A stretch of DNA of 55,662 nt, the filler included, from Platydemus manokwari (lineage: Eukaryota): NCBI GenBank assembly GCA_037951405.1. It is 5 parts of 5 records of this genome, joined end to end, with 100 filler letters (N's around TTAATTAATTAA, not from the genome) between each part and the next. Parts side by side here need not be neighbours in the genome. Positions count along the whole stretch, not along the records: positions 43,972 to 55,662 come from JBBMOY010521108.1; 4 more parts are not named here. One strand, written 5' to 3'. Below, in pieces: positions 43,872-55,662 of the stretch. Position 1 is the stretch's first letter, and each line of letters starts with the position of its first letter. The notes under the pieces were generated by a model, which had not been told where the DNA came from, made no database searches, and saw only the letters and a program-made list of their open reading frames with translations. The position numbers were made by a program, and so were the translations under genes.

Positions 43872-43971
43872 NNNNNNNNNNNNNNNNNNNNNNNNNNNNN
43901 NNNNNNNNNNNNNNNTTAATTAATTAANNNNNNNNNNNNNNNNNNNNNNNNNNNNNNNNNNNNNNNNNNNN
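43872..43971. other. Assembly gap with linker
   Basis: N-run with TTAATTAATTAA. Confidence 0.95.
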
Positions 43972-46900
43972 CTCAGTTTGAAATGGTCCTCTAAGCCCCG
44001 ATAACAAATCCTCTCGTGAAAGCGGTCTAAGATGGAAGCCTATTGAAGAGGGTACGGTGAGGCTAGCACTCGTTAGTTGGGCTTTACTCGGGGATAACAC
44101 AGTCTCCGCGGCTTTCGAGGAGGGAAAGCTCAGAATGATGCACAAGTCTCCAATGGAATGGAGTGAAAGAGAGAAGTCGATGATTATGGGATGAGATTGA
44201 AGCGATTGCAGTAGAGTTGGAAAGGAAAAAAAATATCAATCTAGACGATGAAGTGACAGAAAAAGAGAAATATTATGGTTGACAGATGTTGTTTGAAATT
44301 TTTTTCAATTGTTTCAATTTTTCTCTTTATTATTTTTATTTCTCTTTTATATATTAATGCAAATTACCATAGGTTTGTGTTTATATATATTTTTGCCTTG
44401 TCTCAAACAATTGTTAACGTTAATGCGACTCAAGTTACAATTTGGAAATGAGTTTTCATTGACCACACAGTCAAATGTGACTCATAAAAGAGCTTGATTT
44501 AAATTGTAATTTGTTTTCATAATTCAATATATTCGTATCGATTTTTTATTGTTTTTATTACGTTTTCTATCAACATTTTATGTTTAGAAAAAATAACGGA
44601 TTGATTTTAATACCACAGATGTATCTTAGATAATAATTCAGTCCACTGAATTTTTATCGTTGAATTTCATACTAAATTGATGGAATAATAGAATTATTTG
44701 ACCAAAATCAAGTAGACCCTTCTTTTGTCAACGACTTGGATTTGGATTTGTTTTAAATTATTCTATTAAATCTTATCCACATTAAAGTTATTTGGGGGTA
44801 ATATTTTCCGTGTGATTTCTTTAAGGAATTGTGTATGGCATCGATTTGATTTGATTCTCACTATGATTAATATTTCGACTGTGATTTAGCAATTGTATCG
44901 AATATATACACCGTAATTTATTGATATTTTTAATTCATAAAAATATACAAAACCAAAAATTATTATAAATTATAATGTATTTTTATTTTTTCTTTCAGTG
45001 GTCAGTTTTCAATGAAATGGTGACGTTGGATTTTGTAGGTCATATCTGTGATCATAATAGAGTAGGATATCGAATTCTTCATTTCATAGTTATTATGACT
45101 AAAAACCTATTATCTATTAATTTTTCAACAAACCTATAAGCTTAGTTGGACTCACCTCAATACAAGACCACTATATCTAATTCTATTTTCAATAGTTTGA
45201 TTCATAAGACTGGTGCTTTAATATCAAAACTTATTTTGTTATGAATAATAAATACGTCAGAATTTTAAATTTTTGAGGTTTTAATTTGCACTTGTACGTT
45301 GATAAATATGTAGAATATTCGATACAATGTCAATTGAGAATACAAACAAAATCAAAGATTTAAAAGAAAAGGGGATGGGAGAATTTTAAATTGATTTAAA
45401 TTTTCAAAGATTTTATTTTATATAAAATGATATTAATTTGTTTTAATATTTTTAATTAAAACATAATTCGATGTCGTGACTTTTCACTTCGTTTTTAATG
45501 TGTGGTTTTTTAAATAAGTAGCGGCTTGGAAAATAAATATCTTAATATAGGTATTTTGGCGAATCATTGTAAATGCTTATTTCAAAAATATCTATTGATA
45601 ATGAATCAGTATCTGAACCATTGACAGCAAGTTTATTTAAAAATTTTTATCATTATTAATAATAACCGATAATTATTTTTCTCTCAACCACAAAATTTTT
45701 GAAAAAAAAAATAATATCTTCAAACAACAACGTTGTTTTTCCCCTATAATCACTGACGATCTGATCATAGTAATATCCTGCAGGACAATTCGAGGCTTGA
45801 ATTAATTAATTCGCTAGCAAATTGGAAGATATTTCTTGTGAAAAAACTTTTCCACCGAATATCAGCCAAAGATCAGAATTTTCTCTCTGATAAAATAGCA
45901 TTTTTGGAAAAAATATCGATAGTTGAATTTTTGTATTTTTTTTGTTAATTTATTACGGCAGTGATAAAAAAATTCGATCAGTGCGTACTAGAGGGTGATA
46001 GAGGGGGTGAAAATTTATGATAATAGATAGCTCGAATTTAATAAATCAATATACATTATGGAATGAGATTATTACCAATAAATTCGTTTCAACGATCTGT
46101 TGCATGGTTTTGATAATTATTATTCTGTTGTTATATTTTACATAGGTTTTAAAATAATTTCTTTTCTCCATTTAGATTCATAACATGTTAATACTCTACG
46201 ATTTTGTTTATTAGCCGAGGATTAATCAAAGCAAATAGGTTTGAAAAGAAATAGATCTGCGTGTTACCACTTGAGATTTGAATAAAATTGCTAAAAAATA
46301 ATTATTATTATTTTTTTAATATTATAAAAAATTATTAAAGTTGTGACATTCTTTGGTGAATTTGATCTTTTTGAAATCTATTTGTTTGGAATCATTTGAA
46401 TATAATAATAATAATATCTTTGTATCTAATCAAACTCTTTCATAGAATATTTTATTTGTTTAAATATTTCGAGTATCTTATTGGTTAATTCCTATTCGTT
46501 CTCTGTTTAACAGGCATGGTATGAATCATTTATTGATAATGCTTATGATTTCGAGAAACCATCTTTTTCATTTTTTCAAATCTAAAATAACCAACCCCAT
46601 TCATTAATCGTTCAGATTCCTTTATTGATATTTAATTAACGAGACATGATAATATAATATTTAAATCTATTATTTATTTGAAAACAGAAAGTAATTTTTT
46701 ATTCACAATAAGTGTTAAACAAATTAAAGAGTAAGAAAATATTTGAAATAATGGTGTGCATTATGCATGAGTTATCAAGGTTGTTTGTTTGGTTTTTATT
46801 CATATCGAATGTATTTTGTTTTAATATAATCAGTAATTTTTTTTTGAATGAGGTTTTTTTAATAATAGTGACGATAATAATTATTATAATGAATTTTATT

Positions 46901-47082
46901 TCTATTGTTCTAATATTACGATAATTAATCATATATTAAGAATTATTATAGCAATATAAAATTTCTTCAATAGTTATAATAATAATACATTGATTTGAAT
47001 ATTTATTAATACTTTTAAAATTATAAATAATTAGTTATATAGTGACTATTTATTTTAAATAATCGCTCTCCATATTCCATTG

Positions 47083-47274
47083 NNNNNNNNNNNNNNNNNN
47101 NNNNNNNNNNNNNNNNNNNNNNNNNNNNNNNNNNNNNNNNNNNNNNNNNNNNNNNNNNNNNNNNNNNNNNNNNNNNNNNNNNNNNNNNNNNNNNNNNNNN
47201 NNNNNNNNNNNNNNNNNNNNNNNNNNNNNNNNNNNNNNNNNNNNNNNNNNNNNNNNNNNNNNNNNNNNNNNNNN
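47083..47274. other. Assembly gap
   Basis: N-run. Confidence 0.95.
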
Positions 47275-50200
47275 ATTCCATCCCATTATGTTATTTTTGT
47301 TTGTTTAGATTCTCTTTCCCATATTCATATATACACACAACATAAAATGCATAAATGATCCATTATCTAGATTCCCATAATCAATAAAAACCGATTCGTC
47401 CATGTTTACGAAACTACCTAAATCGTTCTTTATGTTTTCAATTTCAAAACCAAAATTATAAAACAAGAGAAAACATCTGAACCATCTCTCCAAATATGAT
47501 CGTCAGCATAAATCTGTCGTTGTCTGTTCACTAGCGAAGAACTCGATTGAAGTAGAAAATTTGAAGAAAAATCCGTAATGAAAATCGTATCCATAGTAAC
47601 GAATTTTTCTAATATATTACATAGTTGAAGGCATTAATGCTCATTAGTGACGAAACAATCAAATCTCTATTGAGTAACATGGTTTTTAATCAATTTTTAA
47701 CAAAATGCAAAAAAAACATCATGATATAGCTGCTTGACTATTTGTTCCACTGCAGTGCATAGCAATTCTCAGATTTTAAGGAACTAACGAGAAATAGTCT
47801 ATCAATTACTAAAATTTTACAGAAATAAAAAGACCTTTATGTTAGCTCATAGATTGAATGCCAAAAATGCTGTATCAAACAATTCCTAATCTAACAACAA
47901 CAATCTAAACCCATAAATGATGTGAGAAGCGAATCAGTACTGAACAGAAAAATTTGTTATTTAATGATATCAATTAGAGATGAGATGTTTTGGTGATTTG
48001 ATGCCAAATTCGAAACAAGAATTACAACAACAACAATGAAATCTCTGCATTAAAAATGCACTGTGAATTGAAATGGGCGATTTTGAAAATAGGTTATCAT
48101 TATAAAAATGTTTCGTATCAGAAGTTCTTACTACCGTATTGATCTTATTGCTACTGAGGGAGTTAAAAGCCAAATATAAATGGAGATGTTAAGAATTATA
48201 CTCGTGTGACTAATATCAACTAGATCATACCAACCAAGGGTTTCCCTGGGATAGGATGCACGAATATTGATGTCATGATGATAATTCTTTCTTATTATTT
48301 CAAAATATTATCAAATAATTATTAGAATGTATGAAATAATAATAATACATAATATTATAATGATATGTTTGTTGTGAAATGTTCGGTACAGTGATTTATA
48401 ATTTTATTCCAAGATCATTATCGAGTCGGTGTGATCGAATTACCGCCAGTGATGACAGTTAAAGTAGATTGAGATAATATAGAAAACATTGATGTGATAT
48501 TGTTTCAGAATTAGATTTTACGGATTACCATTGGCTATACCAGGTTTCCATTCGTCAGTAATAGCTGATGTATTTATCCATCTGAACTGTCAATCCAGAA
48601 TCGGTGTCATCAAAATCAATGAGAAAATACGGGAGTCTTGTTTTAGATCTTATCGCTTTAAATTTGGGTTTGAGTTTATAAAGTATATCTTCGATATTAT
48701 TACGATAATCGCAAATTGATGAATACACCATCTAGTATGGAATTACAGTTAGCTCTTGTATAAAATAGAATTTCTGGCACAATTTTCCTTGATACAATTT
48801 AAATTGTTATCAAAACAAAATTATCCTTAATAGAAGAAAGGCAAGCAATTTAAAAAACATAAATCTCACGCATTACTAATTCATAATTAGTTGCCATGGT
48901 TTTTATGGAACATTTCCTTAGACATGGCATAGGCACACGAGGTATGTGATTATGATTTCTTGAAGAGATTTTCGTATTTCCGTGACTTTATTATTATTAT
49001 TATTATTATTAATAATATAATTAATTAGTAGATTAAAACTAATAAATTAAATGGAAAAGTAATAATAATATAATTAAAACAAAATTAATAATTGCTTGAT
49101 TATATTTAATAATTATACTATTATGCTAATAATTGTATCAAAAATAATATTTAATAATAATAATAATGCTAAACCAGTTTTAATGCTTCAGTTAGATAAA
49201 TATTGGATTATCGATTTGTTTAAATATTCTAAATAACGTGGTGTGTAATAAATAAATACCCCTGATAAAATTTATCATCAATGCATCAGATCAAAGCTCA
49301 ATTCGACATTCTCCTTTTGAAATTTTATTTAGACGACGAATTAAAATACATGGGTTACTATTAAATGAACCAAGTCACCACGACTAGATAATCAAAAAAA
49401 CGGAAAACCAGTTAAAATCAGTGGCCACAAACTTAAGGAGATTTTATGCTAAAAAGAGAGGTTACGAATTATTGTGGTTTGAAAAAAAGTTTTAGTGAAT
49501 AAAGAACCACAGAAGATAAAGAAAAACCGGGATTGTTATCACGGTCCTCTCATTATTTTAACATTTTTAAGCCCACATCAAGTGCTTCTTGATTTCCAGG
49601 AATAGACAAAAATCTTGAAGAATTAACTGGCAGAAAAAAATTTTCAAAATAACGGGAGAGTGAAGTTAGTTAAATATTCTATATAACGTGGTTTTTCAAA
49701 TTTAATAAATTGTTACTGAATTGAATGGCGTTTTTACTGCTTCAATATTTTATTGATTTTGCAATTAAATATTTAGGTATCGATCTATTAGATAATAATA
49801 AATAAAAATAAACGGCTTTTAATCTCAACATGCTCGAAATTCATTTAGCACAAACTAGGTTTAGTATGCAACTGTTGCTCCCGATTTTCGATTCATATAA
49901 TCGATTTATGATTTAAGGAATTATAAATGTAAAGCTATTGCAGAACTTCAATTAAAATATTGATGTCGATTCGTCAGATTAAATAAGCAAATCAAATGAC
50001 AAGGTTCAACAAACGATTTCATAACAAGCCATTCGAAATATTGAAAGTCTATTTCAAATGAACCTGATCGAAATCTCGAAACTCAATACGGTAAATATTT
50101 GACATCACTAGGGATGGACATCAAATATATTTCCATGGTAACATAAATACATGTATCGAATATCAATAAACATTAAAATAAAAATTTACTAATAAATTTT

Positions 50201-51301
50201 CAGATTCCTTTCGGTTCAATTTGATCGGTATTGGTGCCGGATAAATTTTCTGTGGTATGAGCTTAATAAAATAATAATATCGCATTATAAATATATATCA
50301 TTAATTTATTATTAGATGAAAACACAGTCTCTTTATTGATGAATATTACAATTGAATATAATAACCCCATATTGAGGAACGATCACCAAAGAGAATTGGA
50401 CATACGAGAACAATGATATCAAAATGATATTTAAACAATTCATCACAGACAAAATTGACGTGCTAGAATGTGCTAGTTAAGACAAAAGAGTGTCACAATA
50501 GAAATATTAATGTATAAATTTATATCTCTTAATCTGAAAGCATTTCGTAATTGATATGAAATAGTATATTTATCGATCTATTGGACTACATAAGATAATC
50601 AACTAGGCACAGGATTTGATGCTTTACTACTTATCTATATCGAATAGAACCTCTGAAATTCTTAGGAAATCATTAGTTTATTCCAGCCGTTAAATGCTTG
50701 TTGTTATTCGATAAAAATCAATAAATATAAATCACGTTCAAGTTCCAGATTTCGAAGAAATTGTCACAAATCTTCCAGAACATAACGTATGGCTTTAGAA
50801 TAAATGAGATATTTGATCAGCTATCGTACACATTAACTCATCAAATGTTAAAATTCAAATCACAACAAATCATTGACAGCAAGCTTAGAAAATGTATGAT
50901 CAGACTCTGTGATTACAAAATTTAGAAGCCAGCAATTACAAAATACTTACCGTCGACATGTGGATGATTGGGTTGCTAAATTTTAGATAAACAATAAGTA
51001 TTTCAAATAAATTAATATCATAGATTAAACAAACTTTATTTTAATGAAAATCAAATTATCCAATAAAATTTCAATAAAATAACAATATCAGCCAATCAAA
51101 TCACAAGAAATATGTGTAATAATTTTAACGAATTTTTAAGTATTTTCAAACTAATAATAAAGAAAAGATTTAAATATATCCAGTTTTGTCAGGCTATTTA
51201 TTTCTTTAAATTGAGTCTGCTATAGAAATAACTAAATCAAATCAATACTAATAAACATAAATACGAAAAACCACAGATTAATTAAATACTTCATCATTTT
51301 T

Positions 51302-51587
51302 NNNNNNNNNNNNNNNNNNNNNNNNNNNNNNNNNNNNNNNNNNNNNNNNNNNNNNNNNNNNNNNNNNNNNNNNNNNNNNNNNNNNNNNNNNNNNNNNNNN
51401 NNNNNNNNNNNNNNNNNNNNNNNNNNNNNNNNNNNNNNNNNNNNNNNNNNNNNNNNNNNNNNNNNNNNNNNNNNNNNNNNNNNNNNNNNNNNNNNNNNNN
51501 NNNNNNNNNNNNNNNNNNNNNNNNNNNNNNNNNNNNNNNNNNNNNNNNNNNNNNNNNNNNNNNNNNNNNNNNNNNNNNNNNNNNNNN
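51302..51587. other. Assembly gap
   Basis: N-run. Confidence 0.95.
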
Positions 51588-51990
51588 GTTAAAACCATTC
51601 AAAAAAGAAATCGATGAGGCAAGTGGTCATAAATCACCACATTCTCTCAGAACAAGAAAAGTCGAGCCAATAGCTTCAGAACAGAATTTCGCTCCTATGA
51701 AGATAGACTAGCGTACTCGATGAGATGCATGACTAAGAAACTGCACAATAATTGTCGAGGTATGCCAGACCCAACAGAAGAGCTCTTGCACGCAGACAAT
51801 TGCTTCTGGTGTGGAGAAAGCGGACACTTACAGTGAAAAATGAACAAAAATTAGACCCAGAAATATTTTGCACCTCACAGTCAGCCCAACAACTTCTTGC
51901 CTTTTTGGATCTTTAGATTAATAAATCCAACTAAAACTTCGAACAATTCCAATTGGTGGAACTGTTTCAGCAGACTTTGGAAGATATGAA
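51588..51990 (+). mobile_element. Retrotransposon gag remnant with a broken zinc knuckle
   Basis: CFWCGESGHLQ* at 51801-51836 (CX2CX4H) within a GC-richer stretch next to a gap. Confidence 0.55.
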
Positions 51991-54900
51991 TCTCTTCCAG
52001 AAAAGCAATTTATCGGATAAAGGACAAATAAAATTTTAACAATCGACCTGAGGACTTGTTCCCATCGGATCACGAGGATGTTATTTTATGAGAAATAAAC
52101 ATTATTATCATTATCACTGAACATATCACTGAATCAGTGTCAATCCAAACAGTTAATCCACTGATAGATAACTTTTGTAGTCCTTTATCATTCATCACTC
52201 TCCGACAGCGTCTTCAATCCACTATTTATTAACTCAATCATTAGTCGATATGAACTCACCTTCATTTCATTTACATTTACTCGCATATTCCATTCGGAGC
52301 TTGTGACAGCCATTGTAACAGCACTGTAGTTCGATATCACTTTATCCTTCTCGATAACCATATCTACATTATTCATTGTAAATTCTCTCTCCTTAGATCT
52401 AAACTTTTAAACCAATTCCAACCATTATTGACGTTATCATCAATCAGGGTCGATGATCACCCATCTAATATCGATAAATATTATCAACAAAATCTTACAA
52501 TTTAATATATTAAATATAATACGATATGAAAATATTGTTTTAAATAATTATCGATATTCCTTGAGGTGATCCATTGATTCGAAAAATTAATAATCAACAT
52601 GAGGAAATATAATTAAAATATTTTCAAAAATATTATTTATTAATCTATTGATTGTTTTAATAAAATGAAATAATTGAAAAAAATAATAAAAAATCCATTA
52701 ATTAAAATTTATTTTTAATTTTTTTAAATCACAATTTATTTGATAAATATGCGATTGATTTTACTGAATTCTTGAGCAATTTCTTTTCTTATTTTACACG
52801 ACTTTATTTCTTTGCTCAGTCGATCAAGTGGGAGATGAACAGATAATAATCGATACGATTAACATTAACATTAAAATATCGTTGGATCTGAGTATTTGAA
52901 AATATATTTTTGATCATCAGTACGATTTGAGATTTCTCGTTTTTCTCTACAATCTACATCGATCACAGTTAATGCGATATTTGAGAGTCTCGATAATATT
53001 TCCTTACATCTGAATCGCTATTTTTTCTAATATATGGGGTTAACCGTTACATAGAAATATATTTCGCATTGGAAATCGGATTAGCTAAGTAGTAGCTTAG
53101 ATTTTATAAATTGCACTTGATGGACGAAATTATAATCAATATTTTATTGAATTTTATTTAAGATTAATAAAAGGAACTTTAATTATAACTGTAAGCTGAT
53201 AAAAAAACAAAGTGCAAATCACAACAGTTGCCTACAACCATGTAGTGATGACAGTAAGTTTGAATCCACCAATGAGAAAAAAAGAACAACACTATTATAT
53301 ATGAGTTTGATGACGAAAATTAATAATAATAACCAAAACCCATTTCAATCACCTATATGTATCAGTTGGTTTCAGTCGATATATTCTATTAGAAAATAGA
53401 TATGAACGATACAGGTGACGAAAGTTTGCATTGAAATGTGTGAATGTATTTCTGATTGTGATGGTGGTGGTTGAGGTGGAAAAATTTCATAAGAATTCAT
53501 GATAAAAGAAAACAGCAACGAATGAAACTATCAAAGAAAGATAAACTCAATAAAAATCGATAGCACACATTGTGAGGAAATTTGAATTAACCAGAATTCT
53601 TTCGTAAACAACTCAAAAGATGTATAAGAATAAAGGCAGAGGTTCGATCGATTAATAGAATTTTTGGGGAAGATTTTACAAGACAGTACGAATTTGCAAG
53701 AATCGAAAGTGCGCGGACGACTAGGGAAGACGAAAATTAGGGAAGTTAGAGTCGGTATATATAATTAACTACATAATAACGGCAGTGTTAAGATTTGTAA
53801 CGATTGATATATACATTTAAGTAAAGGCAGTATTTCCATTATAATAAGAAGAAACAGGGAAGAATATAAAATGAAAATACATTTAAAAAAAATAAGAAAA
53901 AACAAAAAATAATAATATTAATAATAATAAAATTATTTTGATCAATTTTTTATTTTTATTAACACGTCTTCTTGATAATTATGACAAATCTGTGGAAAGA
54001 TATTTCAAAATATTTATAAGACAAGTTATTTTCAAAGATTATCAAGAAATTCGTCGAATTTCCCCATTCTACTTATCAATCATCTGTACTCATTTGACAC
54101 AACTGGTTTTCGAATTGACTGAAGTTCAAGGAACGTTTCATGATTTATGATGTAGAGCGAATTTTATCTGATGATTTTACATGCAAAAATAGCCAAAACC
54201 ATCAAAAATGAAAGAAAATAATAATTATCGATATCAAGAAATTCAGTAGATTAGAACAAAACAACGGTTTTCATTTAATCCCGGATTAACAAATTCTCCA
54301 ATTGAATTTGTTTTTATCATTGAAATTTGAAGGAAATATTTGATTTTCATGACATCAAAATTTCATTTTCCCATCACAAATATCAGACAATTTCTATTTT
54401 TCCATTCATTAAAACAAAGTTAGACTTTAAGTCCAAAAATTTGATTTGTCGATTTTCTTTTCCAATAGAATCTTATGATTGATAATATAAAAGAAAACAG
54501 TTGAAACCGATTTCCATGACTTCAGTAATCCGAATTTCGTTCTCGTTTAAAGAAAGAAAAGATGTTAGTTCGAATTTTATTTTATTTTATTTTATTTTTT
54601 GTATTATTAAATTATTCTAAAGAAAAACCATAAAAATAAATTTTGTTATCCATTTTCATCGGATTAAATTTCGTATTTATTTATTCGATCGGGTAAAATT
54701 GTTTACAGTTTGTTTTACTGAAATACCTGCAATAAAATTTGTCCGATTTCCGTTAATTTTCGAATCAATTTTCTAACTAGTTTCGTTGTTTCCAAACCGA
54801 TATTTCATAAATACTGACGGTTTTTTAAACTGAAATTTTGATATGAATTGTGAATACTTTATTAATTATATATAATGATAATACATTCATTTTGCCAATG

Positions 54901-55419
54901 CCGTGGCATTATTGTGTGAAATCAAGTCAAAAAATCATACATTTTAGTGCAATAATATGCTGGATTTTTTTTTCATATTTTTTTGAAAACCTGCTAAAAA
55001 ATGTTTATCGAAACAATTTTATTGAATTACTTGCTGCACCACAATATTATTTTAACACCCAATATATTCATCAGAGAGATTCGAAAATCAATACATGGTA
55101 TTTTTATATCAAATTAAAACAAATTACTCTAAAGAAATACAATTTTTTTTGGATGATTTCATAAGGTCATTTTTAAGTAACTATATCTCGATCTTTAGTT
55201 CTTTAGTGAGATAATTAGCTTTCCAGAAAAACAGATTCATGTGAAACCGCATTAAACGAGACTACATATCAGTATCAAATCGGTCACGTTTAAATAAAAT
55301 TTTAAAATAAAATTTAAATTTGGTAGATATGACAAAGCAATATCATTATAATAACTTAACCATCGAGTTATAGGATAGAGATCGATATTTTATATTTATT
55401 ATAATAATCACTTTTTATC

Positions 55420-55591
55420 CTATCAACATATTATTTTATACTTTGAATATAATTATTATTTTTATCATTATTTTTGTTTTATTATTATTAATATAATTTT
55501 ATTATTATAATTTTAAATTATTATAATCATAGCCACAATATTTATTATATTACTATTTTCATTATTATTACCAATATATTATTATTATCAA

Positions 55592-55637
<46 letters not shown>

Positions 55638-55662
55638 TTTATGATTTTTGTTATTATTATTA
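55420..55662. repeat. Degenerate (ATT)n microsatellite
   Basis: Long imperfect tattattat run at the window end. Confidence 0.9.

Noticed and set aside
43972-44220. GC-rich fragment next to a gap, considered as an RNA gene
   Set aside because: No recognisable rRNA, tRNA or snRNA sequence; more likely a repeat edge.
46699-47358. Short ORFs in AT-rich or N-containing sequence
   Set aside because: Low-complexity or gap-spanning artefacts.

Overview
AT-rich eukaryotic (animal) scaffold with short GT-AG introns (about 40-60 bp), AAT microsatellites and assembly gaps, four of which contain an artificial TTAATTAATTAA linker. It is probably a free-living flatworm such as a planarian; this is an inference from the composition, intron style, PRMT1 sequence and presence of PEX5, and is not proven. 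Confident genes: MCM6 (+), PRMT1 (-), an intronless TTC26/IFT56 (+), ZNF207/BuGZ (+), a partial PEX5 (+), and a divergent single-exon 7TM GPCR (-). A single-exon 166-aa ORF reads as a standalone TIR-domain protein. Mobile DNA: a 1293-bp Gag-only LTR element with 163-bp LTRs, a PBS and a PPT, in which the Gag ATG is formed by the LTR/PBS junction; a Tc1/mariner-type non-autonomous element in a PEX5 intron; hAT (Buster/ZBED5-like) and piggyBac remnants; and several decayed LTR-retrotransposon fragments. Weaker signals are scattered minus-strand cadherin-like motif relics, two decayed multi-exon gene candidates, and a duplicated piece of the PRMT1 3' region. No prokaryotic systems, CRISPR arrays, rRNA or tRNA genes were recognised.
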